A DNA stretch of 60,375 nt, the filler included, from Thelocarpon superellum (lineage: Eukaryota): NCBI GenBank assembly GCA_026025795.1. It is 2 parts of 2 records of this genome, joined end to end, with 100 filler letters (N's around TTAATTAATTAA, not from the genome) between each part and the next. Parts side by side here need not be neighbours in the genome. Positions count along the whole stretch, not along the records: positions 1 to 30,147 come from JAPEUG010000207.1; 1 more part is not named here. One strand, 5' to 3'. This document shows positions 13,101 to 24,833 of this stretch, one piece after another; within the stretch, counting starts at the first letter, position 1, and the number at the start of each line of letters is the position of its first letter. The position numbers and the translations under genes were made by a program. The notes beneath the pieces are model-generated. The model was not told where the DNA came from. It worked only from the letters and a program-made list of their open reading frames with translations, and searched no databases.

Positions 13101-13800
13101 ATCAAGGGATTCGCACATACCCTCCCGCTGCTTGGCCAAGATCGAGTTGAGCAGCGTCAGGACCACGAATCGACTCCCTTGAGGATGTTGCTGCAGTTCC
13201 GGGCAGCCAGTGAATAGCCTGGTGAATCGTCAGCAAAGGGATCCTGACACGGATGGTGAGTCTCGCCACACTAACGCTGTGGCTACCTGCACTGCATTTT
13301 CTCCGGAGAAGCGGTCATATCGTTGCACGGCGGCCAGGCCCTCGGCCGCCTCCCGTAAACCTGATGCATCGTGGATGCGATCGCAGAAGAATTGAACCGT
13401 CACCGCAACTACCATCGATGAGAACGAGTCGTGGCATCAAGCAGTGAGCAGAAGGTGGACCACGCACTCTGTTGTCTGGTCAGGAATCTTGGCTCCAGTG
13501 CTCCAAGCACGGCGGCGAAATAGGCCACCGCTGTCAAAGGTCAGTTTTGGACAAAAGATCTGAGGGCCATTGACTCCACCTTTGGCGCGGATTGTAGCAT
13601 CGTCATCGGTAAGGTAGTCGCCCAGCGATTGCACCACGCCGAGCAGCTTCACCTGTTTGTTCTCCAGCTCTACCACGGATGAGCGTCTAACCATCCCACG
13701 GAAGCGACCTAAACCTACGTCTTGCAGTTCCATCGGCTATTCGAGCGGCCTCGTTCTTGTCTCTGTCCACGGCCAGGAGAAACTGCTGGGCATCTGACAT
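10150..13800 (-). CDS. MMS19: MMS19/MET18 cytosolic Fe-S cluster assembly targeting factor (HEAT repeats), multi-exon
   Basis: Has EKDPRNLM, FCYFPITFRPPPDDPYGIT, LLEKLDS, RLLHKQRLF, LLPLLLQSL and a terminal LDDPKRGVRKTAVDCR. Exons are linked by GT-AG introns from the start MSDAQQFLL. Confidence 0.92.
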
Positions 13801-14167
13801 AATTCATGGAGCGAAATCCAGACGGAATCTCAGCCACCATGTCATGTCTTGGGGTCATTGGTCGCTCGCAGTCACACGGAATGCTCCGAAGTCGAGCTCG
13901 CACTCGTGAACCGGACCCGAAGTCGGCGCTTGTAGCCCTATCGGCAAAGGCGGCAATGCATGACACTGATACTGCACGAGCACGAGCGTCACGCTACGGT
14001 CGACGCGATCACCGGTACGCGTAGGAGTGCCCCCACTAACGACATTAAAGGATTTTCATTCCAGTCCCTGTAATTCATGTTCGTACCGTACAAATATGTT
14101 GAGGGAGGCAGAGCCAATTGGCGGGTGGTGCTGGTACAGATGCATCCTCGATCGTTGATCGTGCAAG

Positions 14168-15399
14168 ATGGCTGCTCATGGTGCAGACGTACCGGCGTGC
14201 AAAGTAGTCCTCCCTGGCACCGTGGCAAAAGGTCTCCTCGCCGAGGTGTCCGAAGGGCTCGCGAAGCTGGCCCGGCCGCCAATACTGGTAGGCTTCCTGG
14301 CGAATGATGACCCCGCTGCACGCATGTACGCCGACTGGACGGGGCGGACGTGTCGAGAGAAGTGAGCATCTCGTGGACCGTGGTCCCCCCCTTGGAGACA
14401 GATGCTGACTCCTCTAGTGGCTTTCGCTTTGAGCTGCGCCAGGTCGACCGGGAGGAGCTCGAGGAGCACCTCTTGACGGCGAACAAAGACGACGGTGTAG
14501 ATGGCATCATCGTCTACTACCCCATCTTTGGGAATCGGCAGGACCAGTATCTACAGTCGGTGACGGACGTGAGCAAAGACGTGGAAGGACTGAGCCATCG
14601 ATACATCTTCAACATGTATCAGAACATTCGCTTCTTGGACGGAGAGCAGATGCAGAAGAGCATCCTGGTAGAGCCCTGTTCGCCTTCCTCCTCCATCATC
14701 CGCGCCTGACCAGACGAATCGTCTAGCCGTGCACTCCGCTTGCCGTGATCAAGATCCTCGAGCATCTCCGGATCTATAACACCATCCTGCCGTACGGGAA
14801 CCGCTTGTTTGGGCACACCATCACCGTCATCAACCGATCCGAGGTCGTCGGCCGACCGCTGGCGGCCTTGCTAGCCAACGACGGGGCATGTGTGTACTCG
14901 GTCGACGTGGCCGGGGTGCAGCAATTCTGCCGCGGTGAGGGCATCAGGAAGAAACGACATGACGTGACGGAGAAGCCGGGGTGGCGACTGAACGAGTGTC
15001 TGCCGTTGTCCGACGTCGTCATCAGTGGCGTCCCGGGCGACTCCTTCCAGGTACCAATCGGGCTGATCAGGGAGGGTGCCGTGTGCATCAACTTCTCCAG
15101 CCAGAAGGTAGGCGACGAACGGGCGGCATGCGCGGTCGCACCGGTTGACGAGGGTGACAGAACTTTGCGCCCGAGGTTAAGGAGAGGGCGTCCATCTATG
15201 TGCCGGCGATCGGGAAGGTGACCATCGTGGTGTTGCTCCGTAATCTGCTGGTAAGCATGTCTGGTCTCGCGCGTCGCGATTGGCGACCTCAATCATGGCG
15301 CTGACGGCAGTGCAGAGGCTCGTCCAGAACCACGGGGAGAAACGTGGGTCGCCGAGGGTGGAGGCGCCCGGGGATGCGACAAGAGTCGAGGCGTCATGA
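14168..15399 (+). CDS. MTD1: NAD-dependent methylenetetrahydrofolate dehydrogenase, 4 introns
   Basis: Has GFLANDDPAARMYADWT, DGIIVYYPIF, QDQYLQ, KDVEGL, ILPCTPLA and INRSEVVGRPLAALLANDGA. Confidence 0.93.
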
Positions 15400-15593
15400 C
15401 GCGGGCGCAGGCTCGGACACAGGCAGCAGGGAAGGCGACAGTGATCCACGAAGATAGGAGAGAGAAGGAAACTTACGCAACACAACACGCAAGCAACGCT
15501 ACAGGACAGGTAGGGGGCCATGGTCACGGGCAGAGTCACGCGGGCGTGGGTGATTTCCCCGGGACCCGCGAGGTTCTAGTCAGGATAGATATA

Positions 15594-16024
15594 CTGAAAT
15601 AAACCCAGCTTCTTTCGAGGTCCCGGTAGGCTTGGCCTACTGGGCGGAAAGGACCCTCGGGTGTGCCTCGAATTACGTCGGTACGGCTCCATCGGGCTTC
15701 GGCCCGGTGGACACCCGGATCGGCAGGAGTAAACAAACAGCTGTGCGGGGGTGCACACTCCACAGCTGGGAGTTTCAGAACGCCATCAGCGGGGACCAGA
15801 TCCCCAGCTAGATGGCCGACGCTTTTGCCTCCTCATCCTTTGAGCTGTTTGGGTTGCTTGACGGAGCGGGCGCTCGCCCTTTTGCCCCCAAGGTGCTCCC
15901 GGACGAGGCGCTGTCTTCTCGTCCTCGAGACGTGTGACCTTGTCGGAGAAGGCATTCTCTTATGCCCGCGAGATGCTCCCACTCAATGCCTGACATATCG
16001 GCCTGGCCCTCAGCTGTTGGTGAT
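15594..16024 (+). ncRNA. Candidate structured non-coding RNA of unknown family
   Basis: At least 6 closely packed stems, including a 10-bp stem capped by C(UUCG)G. The G-U pairs form only on the + strand. It lies between convergent MTD1 and RPF2 and has no convincing ORF. Confidence 0.5.
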
Positions 16025-16187
16025 GTAAGTGATGGTGGTGGTGGTGGTGATGGTGGTGGTGGTGGTAGTGCTGTACGGTCAGCAGGTGGTCGGTTCGAGA
16101 CTCGGCGAGGGAGGTTTCTTTTTCAACTTTTTCAACTGTTTTTCGCCACAGGTGGTGCCAGAGGCATGGAATCAGACGGCTCGTGCC

Positions 16188-17364
16188 TCATAGAGCTCGC
16201 ACTCGTTTGGCAGCTGCGCCTGTGTCTAAGTCATTTTCGTCCGCCACCAGCGTCATGGCCTCTGCATCCAGCCCTCCATCCTCATCCCCATCTTCGTCCC
16301 CTTCCATATTCCCCTCGTCATCCTCACCCTCCCGCTCCTCCAAGTCCGCCCGCGCTCGCTTCAATCCCTTCATCTTCCGCGTCTGCAGCGTGCCCAGATC
16401 CTGCCGTCCGAGATGGATCCGTCCCACCTTGTCGCCCATCAAGTCCGTTTCGATGTTCTTCTTCGTTCTCGGCTAGATGGGACGGTAGTTAGCCATGCTG
16501 GTCGGTCGGCTTCTCGTGGGGTGGAACGACGTCACATCACGTACCTCGGAAGTCTTCCCTTTGCGCAGGGCCTCCTTCATCATGTTCTCCTCGGCCTCTT
16601 TGACGCGGCCGATGCGAAAGTCCATGCGCGGACCCATCTCCTCGACCTCGACCCGCGGTAGTCGCTGCCCGCTCTTCTTGGTCTGGATCAGGTACATGCG
16701 CAGATGCACGGGCGGACCTTTCTCGCCCTCGCCCTCCTCCCCGACCGTGACGGCGACGAGATACCGCAGACCCTCGACGTCGATCGTGTTCGTCTCGTGC
16801 CCGCGGAAGAAGTCGGATAGGACGGATTGGAGGAGGGTGTAGGGCGTCGGGGTGGGCGAGTCGAAGGCGGTGCCGGCGAAGAGGAGTAAAGGCTTCAGAC
16901 CAACGGCCGGCTTGGGTGTCTTGAACTGGCCAAAGGTGCGAAAGGTATCGGGGTCGAGGTAGAGCTCGAGCATGTCGAGGACTTTGTGGTCGAAGGTGCG
17001 CACAAAGGTGAGGCAGTGCGGTCGCTTCTTGCTGTGGGCGCCGAACACGATGAGGCTGGCGTCGTTTTTCTCGGAGAAGAACTCGAGGCTGGTGGCGTCC
17101 TCGAAGGGATGGATGGGATTTTTCTTGGTGAACTTGATGGACAGCGGGCGTTTCAGGGCATGCAGGTCGGTCATGGCCAGCTGGACAATCTGCGATGCCG
17201 TGCTGCCCCGCAGGAGGAGGGTCCGTTTGGCGTGTTCGTGCACCTGCGGCGCTTTCTTCTCCAGCGCTCGCTTCGAACGCGCATTGCGCGGCTTGCTGGG
17301 GACGGATCAGCCCAGCCTTTGCTTTTTCCGGGACTTGCCATGTCACTTACATTTGCCGCAACAT
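16188..17364 (-). CDS. RPF2: Brix-domain 60S ribosome biogenesis protein Rpf2, 2 introns
   Basis: Starts MLRQI|KPRNARSKRALEK. Has KKNPIHPFED, EFFSEKND, HSKKRPH, LPRVEVEEMGPRMDF and IHLGRQDLGTLQTRKMKGLKR. Confidence 0.95.
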
Positions 17365-17582
17365 CGTGGCGTTGCCGTCGATGCCGAGTGGGACGAGCAA
17401 GACCGACACTTCGAGGTCGAGGTCAGTTGAAATCGTCGTGCATACACTGCGAGCATGTGTGGCCATTGGCCGTTGTGGGACCCCGCCCAGTGGTAGCGAA
17501 GCGACGCCATCCCAGACGAGCATGGCGCCGTGCACCCGTCAAAAAAGTATTGTGGCGGGCGATGGGGGCCGTGTGGCACGGC

Positions 17583-17700
17583 TACGGGTCGGGGTACGTG
17601 TACGTGTACGGGTACGGGTACGGGTACGGGTACGGGTGCGGGTACGTGTACGGGTACGGGTACGGGTACGGGTACGGGTGCGGGTACGGGTACGGGTACG
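17583..17700. repeat. (GGGTAC)n hexanucleotide microsatellite, about 19 units with variants
   Basis: Read directly from the sequence. It accounts for the spurious RV/GY/GT-repeat ORFs. Confidence 0.95.
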
Positions 17701-18001
17701 TCGGCTGTTGCAAAGCAAAACCATGATGCGGGTGGTAGAGTAACGACTATGATAACTCCAAGCAACCGATCTTGGAACACACGGTAAACAGACACACCGT
17801 TCACCAGTGCTCAGAGTATTAGAAGTGCTCAGGGTAGTAGACTCTGAGCTACTAGCTACTGGAACCTCCCGTCTGCGGTGGTGAGTAGGCACTGGGCACG
17901 ATGAAAGACGACGGGACCAATCCTCCCTGCGAGCACACCGCAGGCAAAGGGCAGGAAGATCACGGACAGGAGGTCGAGGACGAACATGCTATTACTATCA
18001 T

Positions 18002-19471
18002 TTACATGACCAAACACCGATTATGACCCTCGCCCCACCGATCGACCGCCGCCGCCCGCTCGTTCTCTCGCTGCTTGGTCTTCACCTCCTTGGGGAAATA
18101 GGTTTGCAAGAAGACCATGAGTTTGGGGTCCAGATTGGCTGTGGGACACATCAGGGTGGCTTTGAAGAGCATCGGCAGGGGAGACATACCACTGTCAGCT
18201 TCCATGACCACGTTACCGCGACATAACGGGCAGTTTTTCGCGCGGTCCCGCTGCATCGTCACCAAGCAGCGGATGCAGAAGACATGTTGGCAGGTCAGTC
18301 GCACGGGTTTGTATGAGATGCTGAAGCAGATGGGACACAGATAGTCGTTCATCTGTGGAATCAGGGACACGATCTCCTCGGACACTTTGAAGGAGAGGGC
18401 CTTGGCCATGGTCCGGGCGAAGAAGGGGTCGCGGCCTATGGATTGGAGGAATTTGGTCTTGGCCCCCAGCGCTGTGCGTTTGTCAAATTCTGCGACAGAG
18501 ATCGTGAGTGGGGATCCGACGGGCGTGGTTCAAGGGACGGTCAGGCTGACTCTTCAGGATCTTGGACAAGGCGAGATCATTGATCTCCTGAAACCTCAAA
18601 TTGCGCAACAGGGTCACGTGGATGCTCAGGAAGTGCCGTAGAGCGACACGGCTCTCCTTCTGCTTCAGCCGATTCGCACGACTTCTCTCCGTCACCCGTT
18701 CGATGAACCACGTCAGACGCTGTTGCGCCTCGGCCGAGCGGCGGTGCTGCGCGTCTGGGTCGTTGGTGGAAAAGAGGACCTTGGCCTGCAGGTAGACGTC
18801 GAAGATGTCTCGCCATTGATAGAGATCATGACTGGAGTGTGCGGCAACCGCGGCGATCGTCTGGCCGACCTCGTTGATACGAGTGGTCACATTCGTCTGC
18901 TCCTGCTCTTGAAGCTCATCGAGTGCGGTGATCTCGTGCTTGAGGAGACCGAAGAAGGTAGAATCCGAGGCTAGGGGAATCTCAATGGTCTCGATGCTTC
19001 CCGTCGGCTCATCCGAGAGCGGAGACTCTTCCGTGGTAGCGTGAGATGTGTTGGCCTGGGGTGCTCCATCCGAGGACCGTCGACTTGCCGTGAGCGATTG
19101 AAGATACGTTTTGGTATCGGTGGACAGTCGAGCGTCGAATGGCACGCCATCTCTGGTGTTGACCACGGCATACAGTCTCGGTACCGGCGGCCCTTGGTCG
19201 CCTGGAGGTCATTAGGATAGTACCGAGAGGAGAATGACGTGGACGGACCCGTGATGGAGTATTGAAACGGCGCCGCACTCTCGTGCTCCGGCCCTTCCAC
19301 TGCTTGCACGACCCGACCCAGAGTCTCTGCGTGCAGCCCAATACTGGCCAGTTCTCCTTCCAGCGCCTTGATACATTTCTTGAGCTGACGATAGGAGATG
19401 GCGGACTTAAGCCACTCGTCCGGGAAGTCTTCCTTGGCTAGAGTATCGTGGTATTGATGGGCAAACTTCAT
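18002..19471 (-). CDS. SPX-RING domain protein (putative E3 ubiquitin ligase), 3 introns
   Basis: SPX hallmarks MKFA, AISYRQLKKCIK and NDLALSKILK|KFDKRT. C-terminal C3HC4 RING: CPIC...CQHVFCIRC...CPLCR. Confidence 0.9.
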
Positions 19472-20277
19472 CCTGAGAATCGGGGGGCGTGGGGACGGGA
19501 GAGCCGCATTGTCGCGGCGCCATCAGCGCCACCACCAGCTGAGCAGGTTGAGCTCTCCTCACGCGGTACTGTCAATCCGCGGAGGGTTGGGAGGCGAAGT
19601 TACGACTGTTACTACTGATGGTATGAGGACGGAATATGGGAGTGCTTGAGTTTTCGTCTATTTCATCCTGCGGTTGGGCTCGCCTTGGTGTAAAGGTGCT
19701 GGGTCACGAGACGGACCGAGTTAGATGCGGTGATGGCGTAGAGGGCGTGGTTTCCGTGTGGCACCCACCTCGCATAGCAGCAATTCTACATGGAGAGGAA
19801 ACACGGATGTGACCTCCTGCTGGTCTTTGACTTATGGCGAAACGCGCACCGATTTGCGGGCAAGCTTCCTGTTCCTCCACAGCTACGCGTGGGCGGTCCC
19901 GTCACATGCCAATTCTGCCCCTCTTTCGTCGCCGCTTCGGTGTCTGTGCCGTGGCTTCGGGGCGCTACAGGGGCACGGCAACTAGCACCAAGCCGTTGTG
20001 GGGTGCGTGCTCCAGCGGCCGGCTCTCTATCAGGGAAGACAGGCGAGAGGGCGACGCAGCGTAGGCCCAAGCATGCTGCACCTCCAACAGGCTTTGTCAC
20101 AAGTACACCTTCCCCCACCCATCCACGTCTTGACTGCGACTTCAACACACTACGGGAGACTCGCCAGCTGATCCAGATGATCGTCGAGATCACCGGACAG
20201 ACCTCCCCGCTCCTTCGTCTCGCGACATCTTCTCTCGCGTCGACCTCGGCTTTACCGAGGTCCATTTCCCACTCATC

Positions 20278-21187
20278 ATGGACAGCATCAAGGTAGGCCA
20301 GCAGCCGCTCGACTCCCGACCCAGAAACTGACCACGCATCCAGAGTGTCGTGAATCGGATCATCCTAGACCCCCAGCATGCCGACGTCCTGGCCGTCATC
20401 AAGGCGGCACGAAATGGCGCCGTATACGGGGCCAAGATCCGCTTTCCCCACGCCCTGGTGTCCGTCGTCCCGTCTCTCCCCCCGTCAACGCCGCCCCGAC
20501 TGACCGATGACCATCTAGCATGGTCTTCCTCTTCCGGTCCGGGACGTGAGTACCGCCCGACTAACCTCGCATTTTCCGCATCTCCCGTATCTCTCGCATC
20601 CCTCGCCGTCACCGTCTGACGATCCTCAGGTTCCAAGACAAGCTCAAGCTCGTCATCAAAGCGACGCGCCAACACGCACGCAACCTCGCCATCTTCGCCA
20701 CCATCTACAAAGCCACCTGCCTTGTGCTCCGGCGCGTGTCACCCACGGGCAAAGAGCGGCAATACGACACCTTTCTCGCGGGGTTAGTCGGCGGCTACGC
20801 CGTCTTCGGCCGCGGGATGCAGAGTTCCGTGAACCAACAAATCGTCATCTACGTCTTTGCACGCGTCACGCTCGCGCTGGCAAAGATGTCCGTCCAGCGC
20901 GGCATTGTGCCTGATCTCGACGGGCGCACCACCACGCACGCGTGGCCCGTTTTTGCCAGTCTCAGCTGGGCCCTCGTCATGTACCTCTACCGGTGGTATC
21001 CCGAGATGTTACAGCCGAGCTTGAAGAGCAGCATGAAGTATATGTATGTCGCTTTGCCGCAATCCCCATTTCCCACTCTCCACCCTCGCCGAAACGACGA
21101 GGAAGAACAGAGAGCTGACACAACAGCAGATACTCCAACGCAGACCACTGGGACAGTTTCCGGAATTTCCTCATTTACAACCAATGA
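20278..21187 (+). CDS. Peroxisomal membrane protein 4 (PXMP4/PMP24, Tim17 family), 4 introns
   Basis: Has ARNGAVYGAKIRFPHALV, ATRQHARNLA, FLAGLVGGYAVFG, VNQQIVIY, WPVFASLSW and LQPSLKSSMKY. Confidence 0.9.
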
Positions 21188-21860
21188 GGATAGGGCGGGG
21201 CCGAGACGATGTCCATCTGCGATTGTTGGATGTACTTCTCCCTCGTGCTCGGACGGCTAGAGAAGAGACATCGAGAGGGAAGATGAGACATTACGAGAGG
21301 GGGGACGGGGAAGGTGGCAAAGCGAGGAGCATGAAGACGATGCCCGTATCGACACCACCCTACTACACTACCACCCTCACCGCCACCGCCACCGCCACGA
21401 ACGTTTGTCAATCGCACGGCGTGTATGAGCGAGGAGGTGGACATGGACATGGACATGGACATGAATCTCCGCTATGAACCTGGCCAATAGACAAGTAGAT
21501 TGATAGATCTATGAAGACCGGCTTATGACATGACCATATGACAAGAGGATACGTATCCCTTCTATTTCTTCTATTGCTTCTTCTATCTGTCCAGCTATCC
21601 AGTCTATCCAGTCTCTCCTTGGTCTTGCTCTTCCAGGCGCTGTCTAACAGACTCACCGTTCTCTTCTCTCTCACCCCCTTCCCTCTCTCACACGCCATCA
21701 TCAACCCTTGGAGATCTCAAAGAGTTGGAAAAGAAAAAGAAAGGAAAAGAAGGACAGCAAAGCAAAGCAAAGCAAGCAAAGTGAAACGCAACTCGCTTTC
21801 GTAAATGGCCGTCGAAAAGCACAGTCACACATCTGCAGTCCGATGGACTCTCAAATGAAT

Positions 21861-24833
21861 TCATCGTCTAAATCCCTTCCCCCCTTTCCCTCCTTTTCCT
21901 CCATTGGACCGAGTCGGGTCCATAACGTCAGTGAACGAGCGCTGCGGGCGTCGAAGGGGGTCTTCGCCACGAGAGCCGGGCGGCATGGGAAACGCCGAGG
22001 CTGCCACTGGTGCGCCAGGAGGTCCGTCGGCGTTTGGCACGACCGAGTGCATCTCAACCGCCTGCGAACTGATGTGGCCCGTGCGAGGATCAAAGCGCGC
22101 CGCGTTGGCCGTGGAGGTCGTGCGCGGGGAGACTTCGGGAATGTCGGCCATGGCGCCGCTTTCCAGGTCGGCCGGCTCGTCGATGCTGACGGCCCGGTGA
22201 CGACCGAAGAAGCGGTTGCGGTGCGCGGAGGTGCTGGTGCTGCGCTGTCGGCTCTGAGACTCCGTGCTCCGTCGTACGATGCCGCTGGGGAGGTCGGAGG
22301 AGGTCGACCGCGCGGCGGCCTCGTCCGTCAAATTCTGGGGCTGCGTCATGGACGGATTGGCGACGGCGTTGGCGGGAAGGAGATGCATCTGGGACCGATC
22401 GTTCTCATAGAGGTCCGACATCATGTCGCCCGACGACATGCCGCGCATCCCGAGGGAGAAATCGAGTCGCTTGCTCATCGCGGACATGGTCTCCCCACGC
22501 ACACGGCCTGCATTCGCCGCAGATGGGCCCGAGCGACCGGCTTCGTGCGACGACATCGCATCGCGAACCAGCGAGCCCGACCGAGGCACCCGACCATCGG
22601 GCCCATCCTCGCTCCGTGCCGATTGGCTGTACTGCGGTGGGGGCTGGCTGTTGTGCACAAACATCGGATTTGTCTCCCCACTGCCGGGAATGCGGGCACG
22701 AGGGCCTTCGAAGCCGAGGTCCTGCATGCACACCATCATCGCGCAAATGAACTTGTTCCGTCGCTGAAGCCGGAGCAGCTCATTCTGCCAGTTGGACTTG
22801 TAGAAGAAGACCACGTTCAGCGTGATCGAGTAGGCCTCGGTCACGTCGCGGAGCTCCGTGAGGATCTTGCCCTGGAACTCACGCTTCTCCTCCTGCACAA
22901 AGGCGAGGAGACGCTGGCGCAGGGCGTCGATCTGCTCGAGGCTGGTGCCGAACTTGACCGTCACGGGCACCCCCTCGGCGAGCCCGCCACTGCGGCGCAT
23001 ATTGAGGATGAAGAGCGTGTTCAGATAGCTGTTGGGCGCCTGCACGACTTGGCCCTCCATCTTCTTGAATTCCGTGTACAGCAAGGCAATCTCCTTGACA
23101 AAGTAGTCATCACCGCGGCCCAAGGCGCCCGTGTTGCCGTAGATGGAGACGCGGTCGCCCACGTCAAAGGGGTGCTTGACGAAGACGAAGATGACGGACT
23201 GCAGGAACTCCTGGGCCGTGGCGGAGAAGAGCCAGGACAGCGCGAGCAGGGTCGAGCCGGCCGAGGTGAGCACGCTGGCCGTCGAAGCCGAGATGAGCGA
23301 GAGGAAGATGAGCAGGGTGACGATGACGACAAAGAAGACCAAGACATTGTCGAGCTTGGTCACGACCGAGTCGAGGTCCTTGAGAGAGGCGGTGATGGAC
23401 TTGCGCTCGCGCCCGATCTCCACGCAGACGGACTCGAGCTCTTCCATGGAGATGTCGCCGTTCAGGTCCTTGTCGAACATCTGGAAGGCGGCGTCGGCCT
23501 CATCGTCGTTGGCAAAGGCCTCGCGCAGGTCTTCTTGATAGACAGTCTCCACGCCGGTCCGGACAAAGGTGCGGTACAGGCGCCGCGCCAGCACCTGGCT
23601 GCCGTTGGTGGTGTGCAGCAGGGCGAGCACGACCTGGTGCGGACTGGTGCGCTTGACGATCTGCTTGCCGGTAAAGTCGCCGGCCATGGCACCGGCTGCG
23701 TCGCCGACCTTGCTCAACGCCTCGCGCGCGTTCTTCTGCGCCTTCGTCATGAGCTGCATGGGCGTCTGGGCGCCCGACGATCCCGGCTTCTCGTGGTCCT
23801 CAAACTCAGAGTCGTCCATCTTGATCTTCTCCTTGGAATGGGCATACAGCTTCGTGAGACTGGCGATCTGAAACTTGTTGACATCAATGCGGTCGGAGTA
23901 GGTGCGCAGGTGGAAGCTGATGGCGACCAATTGGATGCAGATCTTCTCGAAAAAGTTGAACACGGTGCCGGCGAAGATAGACACGAGCACCTTGTTCATC
24001 GTGTCCTCCCAGGGCCGGACCGCCTTCTGATCGGACACGGCGGGATCGAAGAGATGATGATTGGTCATGGTCGGCAGGAAGGACACCTCAATGGCCAGCC
24101 ACCAGAAGAAAAGGGTGGCGGGCACCTCGAGCTGCTTGCCCAGGTCGCGCCACTTCTTGCTGTTGTTGGTGAAGGCGCTCGAGACGACGCCGAGCGGGTA
24201 GGGGATGCATTTGGCGACGATGCGGCCGGCCCAGAGGGTCAGCCAGACAATCTCAAGCCAGATGCTGAACCAGAGGAGCGTCACACCGCCAACGGTGGCC
24301 TGGGTGAAGACTAGGGCGCCCAGCAGCAGCGGGATCAAGAGCACGCCGACGACGGGGGTGATGTAGGTGAAGTAGCGAACCAAGAAGCTCGACTCGTGCA
24401 CCCGCTTGAAGAAGCGGGCGAAGCGCGTGCTGGGATTCTCCGGCGGACGGTAGACGTTCGTTTTCTCGTGTAGCGGCGTGGTACCAATGTCGAAGGCGTC
24501 TTCGGGTTCGACGTGACGTTGCCGGCTCCGGGCGTTGGACTGCGAATGGGTCAGGCTGGCCTGCTTCTGAGCCGTGGCCGCGGCCGAGGCCTGACGCTCG
24601 ACGCGCAGCAATTCGAGGTCATCATCGAGCCGAGAGTTGTGCTCCCGCAAGCCCGACGGCGAGAGTTGGGCGTGCAACGGGGGCTCGGCCTCACCAACGG
24701 TGTTGACGTTCAGAAAGCTGCCATTATGATAGGAACCCTCGCCGACGAACGTGCCCTCTCCCTCGGAGGACGGTCGCGTGTCGTCGCTGTTGGGGAATTG
24801 AGGCCGGGGGATTTCATGCTGTGGGGTTGACAT
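21861..24833 (-). CDS. MscS-like mechanosensitive ion channel (Msy1/Msy2/MscA type) with EF-hand, intronless
   Basis: 990-aa ORF with multiple TM segments, [14 protein letters not shown]-hand [27 protein letters not shown] and [16 protein letters not shown]. Confidence 0.92.
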   Translation of the reverse strand: MSTPQHEIPRPQFPNSDDTRPSSEGEGTFVGEGSYHNGSFLNVNTVGEAEPPLHAQLSPSGLREHNSRLDDDLELLRVERQASAAATAQKQASLTHSQSNARSRQRHVEPEDAFDIGTTPLHEKTNVYRPPENPSTRFARFFKRVHESSFLVRYFTYITPVVGVLLIPLLLGALVFTQATVGGVTLLWFSIWLEIVWLTLWAGRIVAKCIPYPLGVVSSAFTNNSKKWRDLGKQLEVPATLFFWWLAIEVSFLPTMTNHHLFDPAVSDQKAVRPWEDTMNKVLVSIFAGTVFNFFEKICIQLVAISFHLRTYSDRIDVNKFQIASLTKLYAHSKEKIKMDDSEFEDHEKPGSSGAQTPMQLMTKAQKNAREALSKVGDAAGAMAGDFTGKQIVKRTSPHQVVLALLHTTNGSQVLARRLYRTFVRTGVETVYQEDLREAFANDDEADAAFQMFDKDLNGDISMEELESVCVEIGRERKSITASLKDLDSVVTKLDNVLVFFVVIVTLLIFLSLISASTASVLTSAGSTLLALSWLFSATAQEFLQSVIFVFVKHPFDVGDRVSIYGNTGALGRGDDYFVKEIALLYTEFKKMEGQVVQAPNSYLNTLFILNMRRSGGLAEGVPVTVKFGTSLEQIDALRQRLLAFVQEEKREFQGKILTELRDVTEAYSITLNVVFFYKSNWQNELLRLQRRNKFICAMMVCMQDLGFEGPRARIPGSGETNPMFVHNSQPPPQYSQSARSEDGPDGRVPRSGSLVRDAMSSHEAGRSGPSAANAGRVRGETMSAMSKRLDFSLGMRGMSSGDMMSDLYENDRSQMHLLPANAVANPSMTQPQNLTDEAAARSTSSDLPSGIVRRSTESQSRQRSTSTSAHRNRFFGRHRAVSIDEPADLESGAMADIPEVSPRTTSTANAARFDPRTGHISSQAVEMHSVVPNADGPPGAPVAASAFPMPPGSRGEDPLRRPQRSFTDVMDPTRSNGGKGGKGGKGFRR

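Noticed and set aside
15594..15612. TAAACCC as a telomerase template
   Set aside because: It does not give the 1.5-repeat complement of TTAGGG or TTTAGGG, and the available space is much shorter than known filamentous-fungal telomerase RNAs.
15808..15996. 62-aa minus-strand ORF within the structured segment
   Set aside because: It is short and has no recognisable motif. It cannot be excluded but is unsupported.
17195..17892. ORFs with RV/GY/GT/RT dipeptide repeats
   Set aside because: They are translations of the (GGGTAC)n microsatellite.
19780..20090. Scattered stems (ATGTGAC/GTCACAT, TGCCGTG/CACGGCA) in the SPX-RING/PXMP4 divergent promoter
   Set aside because: These are short GC-rich stems with no strand bias or box motifs, consistent with chance.
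21708..24314. 868-aa + strand ORF
   Set aside because: It is the antisense shadow of the GC3-rich, intronless MscS-like gene and has no recognisable motifs.
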